From positions 45,021 through 109,020 of the forward strand of contig DF237247.1 in NCBI GenBank assembly GCA_000708835.1: DNA of 64,000 bases, written 5' to 3'. The stretch comes from Klebsormidium nitens. Its lineage: Eukaryota > Plantae > Klebsormidiophyceae. The position numbers were made by a program, and so were the translations under genes. Below are positions 61,307-64,000 of the stretch, piece by piece (position 1 is the first letter of the stretch; the number at the start of each line of letters is the position of its first letter). The notes below the pieces were generated by a model, which saw only the letters and a program-made list of their open reading frames with translations, made no database searches and was not told the DNA's origin.

Positions 61307-62358
61307 CCGGGGTTTGGAGGGTTTGGGCACTGGGAGGGTTGGGGGTTAGGGGCCGGTTACTGAAGACGGGTGGAAAGAGGTGACAGCAAGGTGGTGGGTT
61401 CTACGGTCAGTCAAGATGCTGCTAGCTCGATTGAGACGAACAGCTTGTACGGGACCAGTGTTACGGCTTGATGAAGGAAGATTTAGGCTACGTCAAAAGG
61501 GAAACAGATTGGGAGGGCATCAAAACAGGACCGGTTGGTTCCAAAAGGGCAATAAAGTCTCGGCGGTGGGCAACGTGCGGTCCCAAGAAATAAGGCTCGA
61601 ACAAATGGTGCGCAGCTCAATTTAGGGGCTGCTTAATGAGAGTGTGGGAAAGACCGATGAGCGATCAGAAAAGGCAGCTTTGACGGACCGACAGCTTATC
61701 TTATTGGGCTTTGGGATAAAGTCAGTGTAGCTCAGAGTGCCTTGCTCAGCTTCGCTAGGGAGAAATAAACAATCATTGCATGCTGTGAGGCGCTAACTGG
61801 GTGCGCACTGGTTTAGATCTTACTTGCTTAATTGAGTTAGTAGATTAAGGTCCCGGTTCTTGCTTGCAGCTTTTCGTATGTAGCTAGGGGATAGACACCA
61901 ACTCGGCAATCGTGAGTGAACTTCCGCTTTGGAACCTAGTTCGTAAGTTTTGGCACCTCGTCTTTTAGTCGATAGTAGCCACTTGACGGTGGCGAGGCGG
62001 CAATTGTAGCTCTTATTGATGATCCGGAAATGCATACAGGCCGGCGCCCAGTCACAAGTAATCTACAATTGTGCACTCATGGATCGGCCATGTATGACAT
62101 GTAGCCTAAAGGCCCACGTGGCAGAAGATGTATTATTATTGGGGACACAATTACCGGTCGAAGACATTGAAGAATGTGAGCCTGTCACTCTAGGCAGCCT
62201 ACCTACCGTTGAGATATCAATGACGCGGTCATGCATATGGCTATAATAGACATCCGGCTGCAGTTAATAGTGATCTGGCATGCGATCTCATTGCTTCACC
62301 TGGTACTAATACTAATGTCCGTGGGCATCGTGTCAAAACATCTGTGCAATTGAAGGCC

Positions 62359-62924
62359 GCGTCCGGAACTCCGAAAAATAAACCGGCCACCAGGGGGGCC
62401 GGTACAAACGAAAGTTGACCCGAAAAACACCGGCCACCAGGGGTACCCAAGTTCCGACTGGATGTAAACCCGCTTTAGAGGGATTCAAGGAGATGGAGCG
62501 AGTGCAATATCGAATTGTCGAATTACATGACCAGAGGTTTTCAGGTGCTCCTCTTCGGTTCGGCCCCGCAATCAACTTATAAAACTTAGGCAAAATAGAA
62601 GACTATTACCTAAATGCATCTGGATTTGTACTAGTATGTAGTGATATCTGTGCCAAAACATTTGGTTCGAGACTGGTCGGTTGATGTTGCCTCGTAACCT
62701 CCAACCTCTTGCAAGGGGCTGACAGGCTGAAAGACAACACATACGCGGCTGATTAGTCGCTCATACGCGGAATTTCGCTTCGATTCTTGGAATGATGGCC
62801 CGAACATTTATCAGAGCATTCAGCCGGGCACCGGCCACCAGCCCCCTCGACTCATCTTGACGGTGCTTCGAGAATCGGCCACCAGCCCCTCCAGAAAAAT
62901 TGCGCAAACCGGAGTTCCGGACGC
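62359..62924. mobile_element. Possible non-autonomous DNA transposon (MITE-like), about 566 bp
   Basis: Perfect 15-bp inverted repeat gcgtccggaactccg (62359-62373) / cggagttccggacgc (62910-62924), with four subterminal cggccaccag motifs (about 62384, 62430, 62833, 62877). No target-site duplication is visible. Confidence 0.35.
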
Positions 62925-64000
62925 CACTGCACATATATTTTGACACGATGCCATGCGCAAGAAGGGCTGCGCCGAGCACTGTGCATGCTGACTATATAAA
63001 GTACGCGAACACATCCATAATTCATAATTGTCACTAGGACAATCGCATGTTTGCTGATTACTCATTGTGGGTATTATGGGTGAAAAGGTCGCATGGAAGC
63101 AACGGGCCTCGACTTAAGCACACGGCTTTAAGAATAGCTAGCTCAAATGATGGTGTCCTTTTGTTGTCGCCGTAGTCAAAATGACCACAGGCTTCTCATG
63201 GCATACATTGATACATGTATGATCGAGTTTGTGTATATCCTTGTCACGCTGGAATGGGTCGCATCTAGTTAGTGTCGTAACTAGAGGCGGACAATGATTG
63301 GTTGTGGTTAGTGTCCAGATGATGTTGGGACTGTGCCATAGTGTGGGCACTGGTGATATGGAGAAAGAATGCAGCTAAGGCATTCTTTCTTCTGTTCAGT
63401 CTTATGGTTGAGAGAGGGCGGCAATGAACCTATACAACATGTACGATGGCCAGTAAGATAGTTTCCCTCCATGCCACGAGGGCGTGGTTGTAGCTCTGTG
63501 TCTCATTCATTCACTCATGCCACCGTTCCGACGTGTCGTGATCGCGCTGGACGCGGCGCACTCACATCTCACATGGTACATATTGTGTCGGATGCTCAAA
63601 GTTGTGTAGCCGTGTGTTGCCGACAGGAGTGAGGCAAGAGCTATAGTGAGGCGACATCCTCAGCTGCTTACCAATGGCTAGCCTATGCCTACTTAGCGAG
63701 GTCCGTAGTACACCGCATCAACGCTACAACCACAATGCTTCTCAACAATGTCCTTGAAGTGATGATACCTACTGAAACACACTCTTGAAACTCTTGAACG
63801 AGCAATCTTGATCCCTCAAGCAGGCTCATCATCATCTCTTGTTAGGGTGCGCGTCGACCGAAAAGCTGCTTGAAAAAGCTTCCCAGATTTCTCAGCCAAT
63901 CGGATGGCTTTTAGGATCCACGTGATATGCCAAGGTACATATGCCAAGTACATACCAGAGGAGTGATTTGGCCTGAAAAGTACCGTACCTCCTACCTGTC

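Overview
Eukaryotic nuclear DNA with GT-AG introns, GC-rich exons and one 982-N scaffold gap (19321-20302). Exon style and a land-plant-like AIR9 suggest a streptophyte alga such as Klebsormidium (inference). Four loci were reconstructed by hand with splice phases checked. (1) A 12-exon + strand gene of unknown function (774-8043). (2) A - strand group A flavoprotein monooxygenase (about 9442-16258) with two in-frame stops. (3) A divergent + strand cis-AT type I PKS (21986-31031), ACP-KS(N-half only)-AT-DH-like-ACP-AT(GHG), with three frameshifts and no KS catalytic half. (4) An intact 35-exon AIR9 gene (34326-61306, about 2635 aa) with 19 A9 repeats, versus 11 in Arabidopsis. Main signals: a co-decayed monooxygenase + PKS pair that looks like a dead algal biosynthetic mini-cluster, with an inverted ~100-bp repeat pair around the PKS; about 17 places where introns hold tandem 'echo' copies of the adjacent splice junction; a triplicated domain block in AIR9; and a 240-bp patch with inverted CpG/GpC bias. 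All alignments and counts were done by eye, without database searches.
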